A DNA stretch of 34,345 bases. Origin: a virus (taxonomy: Duplodnaviria > Caudoviricetes). Location of the stretch: positions 1 to 34,345 of the IMG/VR virus record IMGVR_UViG_3300016666_000453; one strand, written 5' to 3'. How positions within the stretch are numbered: position 1 is the first letter of the stretch; each line of letters begins with the position of its first letter. Positions 16,759-25,738 of this stretch are shown one piece after another. The notes beneath the pieces were generated by a model. It did no database searches. It worked only from the letters and a program-made list of their open reading frames with translations, and was not told where the DNA came from. A program made the position numbers and the translations under genes.

Positions 16759-17415
16759 CTATCGTGGCGCATTAAGGGTTTGCTGCAGGACGGTGTTGAC
16801 GACTTCACGGATGTCCCGAGGATCGGCGCCGAGCGCATCTCGGGCTGGAAGATCGATCTTCCAGCTTTGTTGTTTGCTCTGGCCCTCAAGCAGGGCCAGG
16901 ATCAAACCGGCCTGGCCGCTCTTGAGGTTTTCCACGATCCAACTCAGGGACGGCCGTTTCCAGCGCTTGCCTTTACGGATTCTGTAACCTTCCCTGAGCA
17001 AGGCCCGGGCTTGATGGCGGGTGGCTGCTCCGGCGTAGTCCGGGGTGCTTCCTTGGCGGCGCATGCGGGCGGCAGTCATGGTGGTTGAAAGCCCGGTTTG
17101 GTGTTCGCCAGCAATGCGCGCGGTTCGGCGTTGGCGCCATCCCAGAACAGCCTGAGTAGCGGTGACCTGGGTCACTTGCAGGCGTTTGCCCAGACCACGC
17201 AACATCTTGCGTTTCCCTGATGCTTGGCGTTTCTCAAAGGACGAACCGTCGAGGTTACGTTGATCACTCAATCGTCGATGGTTGCGAGTACGCAGGCGTT
17301 TGCTGACGTTGTTCAGCAGCCGTCGACGTTTGGCCGCTGGCAGGGACAGCAACTGCAGTTGCTGCTCGGCTTCGATCATGCCGCGAATATCAACACTAAG
17401 CGTCGGGGCGGTCAT
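16759..17415 (-). CDS. Virion morphogenesis / tail completion protein (gpS-like)
   Basis: Basic protein with QRNLDGSSFEKR and LPARDALG; start at MTAPTLSV. Confidence 0.78.
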   Translation of the reverse strand: MTAPTLSVDIRGMIEAEQQLQLLSLPAAKRRRLLNNVSKRLRTRNHRRLSDQRNLDGSSFEKRQASGKRKMLRGLGKRLQVTQVTATQAVLGWRQRRTARIAGEHQTGLSTTMTAARMRRQGSTPDYAGAATRHQARALLREGYRIRKGKRWKRPSLSWIVENLKSGQAGLILALLEGQSKQQSWKIDLPARDALGADPRDIREVVNTVLQQTLNAPR

Positions 17416-17851
17416 GGTTGACGTTCCCCTGTTCCGCGACCCACAGGTCAAATGGCACAAATGCCCAGCGTTTGCCGAAGGCGTTGATCTCGCCATCGTC
17501 GGACTCGGCCAGATGCAGAGGTTCGATGAAGTCCAGCTGCAGCTCGATATCCGCAACATCCGGGGTGATTTGATCGATCTCAAACACCGGGGCGCTCAAC
17601 GTGTGATCTTCACGGCCGGGATCGTTGACCTCTAGCCAGGAGCCCAGCAGGGCCATTAACCGCCCGGGACTGTCGGCAAAGCGCGCAATGACGATCACGG
17701 CCCGGTAGCGCATATCGCCCAGGTGCAGGCCTTGCTCGGTGGGCTTCCAGATTAATGTCAGCGTGACCTGCTCGGCCCAGCTGTCGAACTGCTCGGACGG
17801 GACCATAAAACGGTCTGCCAGGTCGCGGGACAAGGCCCGTAGCTTGTCCAT
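17396..17851 (-). CDS. Tail completion / terminator protein (gpR-like)
   Basis: Start MDKLRAL coupled by TGATG to the head completion gene; ADIELQLDFIE. Confidence 0.75.
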   Translation of the reverse strand: MDKLRALSRDLADRFMVPSEQFDSWAEQVTLTLIWKPTEQGLHLGDMRYRAVIVIARFADSPGRLMALLGSWLEVNDPGREDHTLSAPVFEIDQITPDVADIELQLDFIEPLHLAESDDGEINAFGKRWAFVPFDLWVAEQGNVNHDRPDA

Positions 17852-18312
17852 CAGGTCAGTTGCGCCGTGATGCGTCCACGGCCCTGGATCAGGCGCACGG
17901 CTTGCTGGCTGAATGACAAGAGTGATTCGCGGGTGCTGGGGGCTTCTTTGGCCAGATTCTCGGCGGATTCGCGACGGATAAACGTGGCGAACTGGCCCAG
18001 CAGATAAGCCTTGGCCCGGCAGTACACGGCACGTTTGTAACTGACGACCATAAACGCCCGCTCGGGCAGGATCATCGGGTCGGCGCGGGCCACATTGTTG
18101 ATACCGGCGGCTTGCCACAGGGCTTTACGGCGCGCCAGATCGGCATTGACCTCACCCATGGCCAGGCCGATACCGTCTACCAGCAGCTCCACCAGGTATT
18201 CAGCTGGCAGCCGGTAGCCTTTTTGAAACTCGGCCACGTCCAGATCCGGCCAAAAACCATCATTGGCGATCGGCTGGTCAATCAGCGTGGTGGGTCTACC
18301 GGAAAAGCTCAT
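17851..18312 (-). CDS. Head completion/stabilisation protein (gpL-like)
   Basis: IANDGFWPDL and YKRAVYCRAKAYL motifs. Confidence 0.85.
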   Translation of the reverse strand: MSFSGRPTTLIDQPIANDGFWPDLDVAEFQKGYRLPAEYLVELLVDGIGLAMGEVNADLARRKALWQAAGINNVARADPMILPERAFMVVSYKRAVYCRAKAYLLGQFATFIRRESAENLAKEAPSTRESLLSFSQQAVRLIQGRGRITAQLT

Positions 18313-18428
18313 GTGAGGGCGCTCGTTAACGTTGGAAATAGGGCGGGGAGGCTGTTTCAGGTGGGCGCCGGTCATGACTGATGGCGCCGCCTTCACAGTT
18401 CCCCGCTGGGGGGGGAAGCCTGTTGTGG

Positions 18429-19130
18429 TTATTGCGTCCCGGCTTCTTGCCTGCGCAGGGCCTTGTTCGCGTCGTCCAGTTTGGTTTTTACACCGACCGA
18501 CGGGAACAATTGGTTGGCTCGCTCAAAGTGCTGGATCGCATCTGCCCACCGTTCCTGGTCGAAGGCCATTAGCCCCAGGACTTTGTGGTAGCGCGCCGGG
18601 ATTTTTTCGTACAACTGCCACTCGGTTTCAACACGCGGTAGTAACTGCGACAAGTAAGGCTCAGGACTGCGCCCGGCCTTCACCTCGCCATCAGCCCAAT
18701 CAATCATGGTGTCCGCGATAAAGGTTGGGATGTCTCGCTTGAAGCGTTCCGGCATGGCTTGTTTTTGCACCATGGCGAAGTCCGCCAGATCCAGCGCCTG
18801 TTCGAACTGCTCGGTGTCGAACAGCCAGACCAGCACTTGCATCAGCACCGGGTTCGGGTGGTTCAAGCCCGACTCGCGGTAGCGCAGCACATACGCCAGG
18901 TACTTGGGCAACAGCTCTTCACGCTTGAGCCGCTGCCGGGCTTCCATGGCATTGAGGTCAGAGAGTCGGGCGCAGTCTTCGGCCATTGCACTGGTCATCA
19001 GAGCCAGGTGCTTTTGGGCATTGGCAGGACCCGCCAAGGCACTGCCGGGGGTGTAGGTTTCGCGGACGTTGCAGCTGGCGGCTGGCCCCTGGGCCAGTAC
19101 GCGCTTTTTATGATCGAGAGCCAAGCTCAT
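18429..19130 (-). CDS. Terminase small (endonuclease) subunit (gpM-like)
   Basis: LKREELLPKY, VLVWLFD, MPERFKRD and VGVKT motifs; follows the capsid gene. Confidence 0.88.
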   Translation of the reverse strand: MSLALDHKKRVLAQGPAASCNVRETYTPGSALAGPANAQKHLALMTSAMAEDCARLSDLNAMEARQRLKREELLPKYLAYVLRYRESGLNHPNPVLMQVLVWLFDTEQFEQALDLADFAMVQKQAMPERFKRDIPTFIADTMIDWADGEVKAGRSPEPYLSQLLPRVETEWQLYEKIPARYHKVLGLMAFDQERWADAIQHFERANQLFPSVGVKTKLDDANKALRRQEAGTQ

Positions 19131-20212
19131 GAGGTCGGTGCCTCCTGAGTGTGGGGAGCTAATCGGGCTTCAGAAGTTACGGGCACTTGATCGGCTAAAA
19201 ACTCGACGTTGGCTGCTTCGATGGCGGCGAACTTGCCCAACTGCTCGACCACATACCCTTCGTTGCGGCTGTTGTAATCCTCAGTGCGCGAGCGCTTTGG
19301 GTTTTCCAGCAAGTAACGCCGCCACGAGGTGTCCTGAAAATAGATCGACAGGTTGTCGAATGAGGTCACTACCAGGCCAGTAGCGGGGAAGTGCGGGCAG
19401 GTGTAGGACGGCAGGCCGCCGTAGGTCGCAACCACCTGGGCCAGCTCGACGCGTTCTTTCTCGGTCGGGGTGTGCCCTTGGGCGGCGTAGAGTTTGCCCT
19501 TGTCCTGGGCCAGCAGGTCGCGCCCGATGATTGCCACCAGATCACCGCCGTCCCGAAACTCCTCGTCGATCATCAGCGACACATCGAACACCAGGGCATC
19601 AAGGTTCGCGTAATCGCCAAGGCGCCCGATCAGGATTTTGCCCTGCGTTTTGCCCTCGGCCATCACCTGCTGTGGGGCTTGCTCTCGGGCGATTTGCATC
19701 CAGCCTTTGTTCACATCCTGCAGCAGCGGGTTGGCTGTGCGATCGGTGTCGGGTTTTGCTTCGACCCCGTGCCAGCCGATCATGATTCGATCCAGACCAA
19801 TCTGGCGTTGCACTGCCGCACTGTACCGCTTGGCAAAGTCCTTGAATTTGGCCCAAGCATCGATGGTGGAGAATTTGAGCGTCACGTCGCTGTGGGTATC
19901 GAACAGCTCGTAGCCCAAACCGTTCAGGCCCAGCACGTTGCGCGGTTCGCGGTCTTTGCTGTCGGTGTTGGTGCGTCCGGTCACGGTGCCGTTGACGCCT
20001 ATCATGACTTTTTCGCCCTTGATCTCCGTCACACCCATCACATTGATGCGTTGCAGAAAGGCCGAACTCAAAGTGATGCGGTCATTCAATGTCTGGGCCA
20101 GCGAGGGCTCGACGTTGAACTCTTCGCGGGCGGATTCGACACCGTAGGTGCGGGCCACGCTGGTCTGCAGCGCGTGGTAGGTCTGGCGCGCCTGGAGGCT
20201 GAGTTGGCTCAT
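19127..20212 (-). CDS. Major capsid protein, P2 family (gpN-like)
   Basis: LDRIMIGWHG, NPLLQDVNKGW and NLSIYFQ motifs. Confidence 0.95.
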   Translation of the reverse strand: MSQLSLQARQTYHALQTSVARTYGVESAREEFNVEPSLAQTLNDRITLSSAFLQRINVMGVTEIKGEKVMIGVNGTVTGRTNTDSKDREPRNVLGLNGLGYELFDTHSDVTLKFSTIDAWAKFKDFAKRYSAAVQRQIGLDRIMIGWHGVEAKPDTDRTANPLLQDVNKGWMQIAREQAPQQVMAEGKTQGKILIGRLGDYANLDALVFDVSLMIDEEFRDGGDLVAIIGRDLLAQDKGKLYAAQGHTPTEKERVELAQVVATYGGLPSYTCPHFPATGLVVTSFDNLSIYFQDTSWRRYLLENPKRSRTEDYNSRNEGYVVEQLGKFAAIEAANVEFLADQVPVTSEARLAPHTQEAPTS

Positions 20213-21108
20213 CAGTAAACAGGCTCCGGTTCGTCGGTGACAGCGCCAGTGGTCATGGGCACCTGTTGGCCCTTGCCCTGATTCAGCGCGGTGTTAAAAG
20301 TCTCGGTCAGCTTGTCCAGCGAGCCCTTGAGCTGATTGAATTGCGCAGCGCTGATGCTATCGCTGGCAACCGCTCCAGTCGTTGCTTCGGACGGTTTCGC
20401 AGGTGCGGGGTCTGTCGTTTTTTCGGTGGTAACAGGGTCAGTTTTTTGCGTGGAAAAAGTGGTGGCACTGGTTTCCAGGCGGGTGGCCACGGTCTCCAGT
20501 TTGTTCACAGCCGCAGCAAAGGCCTCGGCGGTTTTCGGGTCCATAGAGGGATTCTCGGGGGCGGTTGTTGGGGGCGCTGCTGGAGCACTGGATGTGATGG
20601 TTTGAAACAATCGCGTAAAGAATGAAAGTGCTGATTCGTCAGCTGATTCGCTTGCCAGCAGATCGCCCAAAGGTTCCAGCGCGCCAAAGTGATTGCCAGT
20701 ACCGGCACGCCGGGAGAAATGCAGGCGTTCAGTGCCCAGGCTTGCGGGTTCATCGGTCACGGCCAGGCCGCGTAAGTAGGGTTTACCGGTGCCGGCGAAT
20801 TGCGGCTGGATTTCGATGCTGGTGAACAGCTTCTGCGCTTCTTTGTTGAGCTGGAGCAGGCGGTCGTTGGGGGCCAGTTTGGCGAACAGCGCGACGTTCC
20901 CGCCGTCTATGTCTTCTGCTTTGACCTCGACCACGCTGCCGAAATTGCCCATGTAGCGAATGTGTTCAAACCAGATCACGGCGGTGTAGGTAGCCGGGTT
21001 ATAGGTGTCCGCAATGTCGCGCAGGTCCTGTGGATCAATCGTGCGGCCGTCGGCGGTTTTGCCGCTGGTGGCGACACGTTTCCAGTCAGAAACAAGGGAT
21101 CGTGGCAT
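20212..21108 (-). CDS. Capsid scaffolding protein/protease (gpO-like)
   Basis: VATSGKTADGRTI and YLRGLAVTDEPASLGTE; start MPRSLVSDW. Confidence 0.93.
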   Translation of the reverse strand: MPRSLVSDWKRVATSGKTADGRTIDPQDLRDIADTYNPATYTAVIWFEHIRYMGNFGSVVEVKAEDIDGGNVALFAKLAPNDRLLQLNKEAQKLFTSIEIQPQFAGTGKPYLRGLAVTDEPASLGTERLHFSRRAGTGNHFGALEPLGDLLASESADESALSFFTRLFQTITSSAPAAPPTTAPENPSMDPKTAEAFAAAVNKLETVATRLETSATTFSTQKTDPVTTEKTTDPAPAKPSEATTGAVASDSISAAQFNQLKGSLDKLTETFNTALNQGKGQQVPMTTGAVTDEPEPVY

Positions 21109-21190
21109 GGGCTGTTCGCTTGGGTGGGTTGCGTATGGCGCCACGATAGGCAGCCGCAACCTGGTGTACAAACGGATCCATTGCGGGCTG

Positions 21191-21213
21191 TTCCTATCTT
21201 CGCCAAATAGGAA
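21191..21213. promoter_or_regulatory. Dyad TTCCTAT-N9-ATAGGAA in the divergent late-promoter region (candidate Ogr site)
   Basis: 7-bp inverted repeat between the divergent scaffold and terminase starts, where P2 late promoters carry Ogr dyads. Confidence 0.45.
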
Positions 21214-21268
21214 TGCGGAGGGATTTCGGCGCGGGTTTGCCGGGCGTTGCCTGCATAGACTGCGGTGT

Positions 21269-23269
21269 ATGCCCTACTCGATTGAAGTCAAAGACACGGC
21301 CAAACGCCTCTATCTACGTCGTTGTAAGCCGCGAGAAATTCAGGCCGAACTCAAGTTGGCCAACGTACGGATCGTCTATTACTGGATTGCCAAGGGCGGC
21401 TGGGATGAGCTGCTGACGGACGAGGAGCCGCTGGCCGCGGTCAGCCGCAGGATCACCCTGATCCTGGAAAAGCCCGGCACCTTGGGCAAAGCGGAGCTGG
21501 ACGAACTGGACCGGCTCACCACATTGCGCGAGCGCTTGTTGAAGCAGTGCGCGAAGCCCCCCCAGGCGCCCGATGCATTGTCCGTTGAGCCGCGAGCGCG
21601 GGAGGGGCCGAAAAAGCGCAAACCCAAGCCGGTCAAAAACGATATTTCCGAGCTGACCGAACTGAACTTCCTGGAGAAATTCACCAGCAAGCTGTTTGGC
21701 TATCAGAAACAACTGTTTGAGGCCAAACAGAACCCCCTGACGCGGCGCATTCGTAATGTGCTCAAGTGCCGCCAGTCCGGCCTGACCTATTACTTTGCCG
21801 GCGAAGCATTTATGGACGCGGTGCTGACCGGGGATAACCAGATGTTCCTGTCGGCCAGCCGGGCACAGTCGGAACTGTTCCGGGGGTACATCGTGGGGTT
21901 CGCCCGTGAATGGTTCGGGATTGAGTTGACCGGCAACCCGATCATTTTGAGCAACGGCGCCGAGTTGCGCTTTATGAGCACCAATAGCAGCACCGCTCAG
22001 GGGCCCCATGGTCACGTGTACATCGATGAGTATTTCTGGATACGCGACTTCAACAAGCTCAGCAGTTTGGCCGGGGCGATGGCCACCCATAAAAAGTGGC
22101 GTAAAACCTTCTTCTCAACCCCCAGTGCCGTCAGCCACCAGGCCTATCCGTTCTGGACCGGCGACACCTTCAAGCGTGGCAAGCACAAAAAAGCCAGCTT
22201 GCCGTTTCCCGGCGAGCCCGAGTTGCGCCAGGGCGTGCTCTGCCCGGACGGGCAGTGGCGCAAGATCATCACCATCGATGATGCCATTGCCGGCGGCTGT
22301 GACTTGTTTGATCTGGAACAACTGCGCCTTGAGAACTCGGATGACGTGTTCAACCAGCTTTACCTGTGCCAGTTCATCGACAGTACTCAAAGCGCGTTCA
22401 ACCTGGTGGACCTGGAACGTTGTTACTCGGACCTTGTGCTGTGGACCGATTTCAACCCTGACCCCAAGGCCGACCGGCCCTTCGGCAATGCCCCTGTGTG
22501 GATAGGCTACGACCCCAGCCGCACCCGCGACGATGCTACCTGTGTGGTGGTCGCGCCGCCGCTGGTACCGGGTGGCAAGTTCCGGGTTCTGGAAAAACAC
22601 TCCTGGCGCGGTCACTCGTTCACGTACCAGGCCGCCCAGGTCAAAAAATTATGCGAGCGATTCAACGTGCAGTACATCGGTATCGATGTCACCGGCGTGG
22701 GTTACGGCGTGTTCGATCTGGTGCGCGATTTCTTTGCACGTGCCACGCCGATTCACTACAGCCTGGAAACCAAGAACACGCTGGTACTTAAAGCACAGGA
22801 CACGATCCAGGGTCGCCGCATCGAGTGGGACGCCGATTGGAGCGACATTGCCGCGGCGTTCCTGACCATCAAGCGTGGCGCCACGACCAGCGGCCAAATC
22901 ACCTACAGCGCATCGCGCACCGACGCGACCGGCCACGCTGATATCGCTTGGGCGGTAATGCACGCACTGGCCCACGAACCTCTCAACGTCAACAAGAAGC
23001 GGCGCAGCCGCTGGTCAACCCTAGAAGGCAGCCATGAACGATCCCGAGCCACCGGCCACCCCAATGCACCGCAAGGTAAAGACTTACAGCTTCGGCGCAC
23101 CCGAGTCTGTGCTGAGCCGCCACATGGGCGAATACATGGGGGTGTTCGCCAGCGACGACGGCCAGCTCTACACCCCACCCGTATCGCGCACCGGACTGGC
23201 CAAACTGCTACGGGCCAATGCCCACCACGGCACCATTCCGCGCTTCAAACGCAACCTGCTGCTGCGTGA
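21269..23269 (+). CDS. Terminase large (ATPase) subunit (gpP-like)
   Basis: LKCRQSGLT Walker A-like, YIDEYFW Walker B, GYDPSR and GHADIAWA nuclease motifs; start MPYSIEVK. Confidence 0.93.
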   Translation: MPYSIEVKDTAKRLYLRRCKPREIQAELKLANVRIVYYWIAKGGWDELLTDEEPLAAVSRRITLILEKPGTLGKAELDELDRLTTLRERLLKQCAKPPQAPDALSVEPRAREGPKKRKPKPVKNDISELTELNFLEKFTSKLFGYQKQLFEAKQNPLTRRIRNVLKCRQSGLTYYFAGEAFMDAVLTGDNQMFLSASRAQSELFRGYIVGFAREWFGIELTGNPIILSNGAELRFMSTNSSTAQGPHGHVYIDEYFWIRDFNKLSSLAGAMATHKKWRKTFFSTPSAVSHQAYPFWTGDTFKRGKHKKASLPFPGEPELRQGVLCPDGQWRKIITIDDAIAGGCDLFDLEQLRLENSDDVFNQLYLCQFIDSTQSAFNLVDLERCYSDLVLWTDFNPDPKADRPFGNAPVWIGYDPSRTRDDATCVVVAPPLVPGGKFRVLEKHSWRGHSFTYQAAQVKKLCERFNVQYIGIDVTGVGYGVFDLVRDFFARATPIHYSLETKNTLVLKAQDTIQGRRIEWDADWSDIAAAFLTIKRGATTSGQITYSASRTDATGHADIAWAVMHALAHEPLNVNKKRRSRWSTLEGSHERSRATGHPNAPQGKDLQLRRTRVCAEPPHGRIHGGVRQRRRPALHPTRIAHRTGQTATGQCPPRHHSALQTQPAAA

Positions 23270-24026
23270 CTTCGTTCCCTCGGCCGGGTGCAGCGCCCAG
23301 GCCATGGGCCGTGCGGCGCTGGATTTTATGGTGTTTGGCGAGGGGTACTTTCAGCGCAAAACCAATGTGCTGGGCCAGGTGCTGGAGCTTGAGCATTTAC
23401 CTGCATTGAACATGCGCAGAAAGGTAGGGGGCGGGTTTGTGCTGCTGTTGCCCGGGGGCAAGCAACTGCACTTTGACGAGGATCAGGTGGAGCATGTGAT
23501 GGACTACGACGTGGAGCAGAACATCTACGGCGTGCCCGACTACCTGGGGGGGATGCATGCGCTATTGCTTAACGAGTCCGCCACGTTGTTTCGGCGCAGG
23601 TACTACAACAATGGCGCGCATGCCGGGTTCATTTTTTACACCAACGACCCGAACCTTTCGGAAGAGGACGAGCAGCGTATGCAAAGCCAGATAGGGGCGA
23701 GCAAAGGCGTGGGTAATTTCAGGTCGCTGTTTGTGAACATCCCGGGAGGCGGTGACAAGGCGATTCAGATCATCCCGGTTGGGGATATCGCGACCAAGGA
23801 CGAGTTTGAGCGGGTCAAGAACATCACCCGTAATGATGTGATTGCGGCCTGGCGCATGAACCCGGCACTGGCGGGGTGCATGCCGGAAAATGCGGCGGGG
23901 TTTGGGGATGTGGAGAAGATCGATCGGGTGTACACGAATAACGAGATACGGCCGATCAGGCAGTTGTTTTTGCAGGTGAATGAGCGGCTGCGTAGGGATC
24001 GGGGTGTTGGTTGGGCAGATAGCTGA
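23034..24026 (+). CDS. Portal protein, PBSX/P2 gpQ-like
   Basis: YGVPDYLGG, ATLFRRRYYNNGAHAGFI and GVGNFRSLFVNIP motifs. Confidence 0.95.
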   Translation: MNDPEPPATPMHRKVKTYSFGAPESVLSRHMGEYMGVFASDDGQLYTPPVSRTGLAKLLRANAHHGTIPRFKRNLLLRDFVPSAGCSAQAMGRAALDFMVFGEGYFQRKTNVLGQVLELEHLPALNMRRKVGGGFVLLLPGGKQLHFDEDQVEHVMDYDVEQNIYGVPDYLGGMHALLLNESATLFRRRYYNNGAHAGFIFYTNDPNLSEEDEQRMQSQIGASKGVGNFRSLFVNIPGGGDKAIQIIPVGDIATKDEFERVKNITRNDVIAAWRMNPALAGCMPENAAGFGDVEKIDRVYTNNEIRPIRQLFLQVNERLRRDRGVGWADS

Positions 24027-24075
24027 TGATGTAGCGTTACGACTGTTTGCATGGATGACTAGCAAAACTTAGCGG

Positions 24076-24825
24076 CTAGCCCACACATTGCAGCGCGGTA
24101 TGAGGAACCATATTGGTGAGGAAATTCATGTCAAACCACTTCCACAGCGCGAGAGTTATGCTTACTCCGCCCATGACCAATGGCGCAATATGATCAGTAA
24201 ACCATGGGGTAAAGAATGCACCTCGTAAAATAACGAATGCTTTAACGGGCCAGGTTATAAGCGCACTCGGTTCATAATTGAGTTGGGCAAATAAAGTTCT
24301 ATACGGATCCGAGAGACCATTTTCAACGACTTGAAATTGCGCTTGGAGATTCATATGTGCACGAGCGGCCCGGGTAATTTGGTGCAGATCGGGAGCTTCG
24401 TCGCCATGATGCTGTTGATTTTCCTCAACAGTACTGCGTCCAGTCGCTTCTCCACTATAAAAGGCGGATCCTATTTTCTGTGACTGCGTGCCATTGCTAA
24501 CAAGCTGTTCTTCCCCAATTTTAGTGAGAGCTCGACGTTTCAACCTTACTGCAACCCACACCAATGATTTGTCGTAAAGCTCATTCATAGGTCCATCGAA
24601 GTACAGGCCAAGGCGTGGCACTCGCTGGTAGTACCTGAACCAAAAGTAGATATTCACCATTGCCAGCACCAGCCAGGCGCTGTCAGTACGTTGGTGCAGC
24701 TTTATCTCATTGCCCATTAGGGTGAACTGAGTCAGATCAGCCCCGAAATACCAAAGCGATAGGACCAGCGCTGAATACGTCAGCAGGAAGCCACGTGCCT
24801 TCTTGAAATCGCCTTCATCATCCAT
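24076..24825 (-). CDS. Accessory membrane protein of unknown function
   Basis: Hydrophobic segments at both termini around a soluble domain; AT-richer than phage genes; convergent with portal. Confidence 0.75.
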   Translation of the reverse strand: MDDEGDFKKARGFLLTYSALVLSLWYFGADLTQFTLMGNEIKLHQRTDSAWLVLAMVNIYFWFRYYQRVPRLGLYFDGPMNELYDKSLVWVAVRLKRRALTKIGEEQLVSNGTQSQKIGSAFYSGEATGRSTVEENQQHHGDEAPDLHQITRAARAHMNLQAQFQVVENGLSDPYRTLFAQLNYEPSALITWPVKAFVILRGAFFTPWFTDHIAPLVMGGVSITLALWKWFDMNFLTNMVPHTALQCVG

Positions 24826-24955
24826 CGCTGACACCGCATCCTATTGAGAGGCTGGATGCTAGCAGTCCTCTGTCGTGATGGCATCTGGCTATTTAAATTG
24901 ATGGAGTTGCCTGCGATTTTTAGGCGCCCGACGCACTGCATCGGGCGCGAACGGC

Positions 24956-25246
24956 TTACTGCGGCTCAGGCCCCACCGGCAGCATGGCCTGGAGTACATC
25001 GTCGAGAATTGCTTTTCCCATCTCACCCAGGTAGTGCGAAGAAAACGCGTACTTTTCCCCATCCGTATCCAGGGCAGCATCAAGCGACAGGACCTTGGCG
25101 TAGTAGAGCAGGTTTGATGCATGTTCAAGCGCTTCCCGGAAGGGAATACCGGCATTGACGCGGAAGACTTTCATATCGCGCTTTCGCTCTGCGCAGTCTG
25201 CAAAGGTTACGGCACCTATGGTGGCTGCTTCAGGTGGGGGGCTCAT
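24956..25246 (-). CDS. DUF3077-like small protein
   Basis: VFRVNAGIPFREALEHASNLL...HYLGEMGKAILDD; AGGAGG RBS before ATG 25246. Confidence 0.72.
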   Translation of the reverse strand: MSPPPEAATIGAVTFADCAERKRDMKVFRVNAGIPFREALEHASNLLYYAKVLSLDAALDTDGEKYAFSSHYLGEMGKAILDDVLQAMLPVGPEPQ

Positions 25247-25317
25247 TGTTGGCCTCCTGGGAATAGGAGGGCATGAGCTGGGATGACAGCTTGTTTCGAG
25301 GTTGTTTGGTACTGCAT
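25243..25317 (-). CDS. 24-aa leader peptide (icd-like position), coupled to the DUF3077-like gene
   Basis: AAGGAG RBS; MQYQTTSKQAVIPAHALLFPGGQQ*; TGA overlaps the next ATG. Confidence 0.5.
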   Translation of the reverse strand: MQYQTTSKQAVIPAHALLFPGGQQ

Positions 25318-25374
25318 AAGCTTGCTCCTTTGGTACAACCAAAAAGAGCTGCCATTCACGATTCCAAGCATGAG

Positions 25375-25450
25375 GGTGGCAGCTGTACGCAGGTTGGAAT
25401 CCGAGAAGAAGCGACTCGGCAGGCACAAGGCCTCCCACGTACAGCCGCCA
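25375..25450 (-). ncRNA. C4-type antisense RNA (P1 c4 / P4 CI-like cloverleaf)
   Basis: Closing stem GGCGGCTGTACGTGG/CCTGCGTACAGCTGCC, inner hairpins AGGC-CTTGT-GCCT and CCGAG-TCGCTTCTT-CTCGG, and ATTCCAA bulge; complementary targets on both sides. Confidence 0.75.
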
Positions 25451-25561
25451 AAAAGCACAAAAAACAGACGTAAAAAAAGCGTCTGCTGATTGCTTGGCGA
25501 CGCTGTAGCGTCTTCTTTCTCGGGATTCCACGCCCGGTCACTGGTGAGCAGTGACGGTATA

Positions 25562-25590
25562 AGACTAGCGTGATGACCAGTTCAAGGCAA
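25562..25590 (-). promoter_or_regulatory. Putative sigma70 promoter of the c4 cassette
   Basis: Minus strand TTGCCT-N17-TAGTCT directly upstream of the a1b1-like leader. Confidence 0.45.
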
Positions 25591-25738
25591 TGGATGATCG
25601 AAAACTGATTGTGCAGAGAGTTGATGGCGTTTTGTTAATGTAGGGGAGGGGCCTGGATACAGATTATTGGAGGTAACTGGCTGGGTGATTCCAGAACTTA
25701 AAGCGGGGTTGGTATTTGTTAAATGTTCGCTTATTAAA

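Noticed and set aside
24956-25531. 191-aa version of the DUF3077-like ORF
   Set aside because: The extension runs through the structured c4 RNA; the strong RBS sits before ATG 25246.
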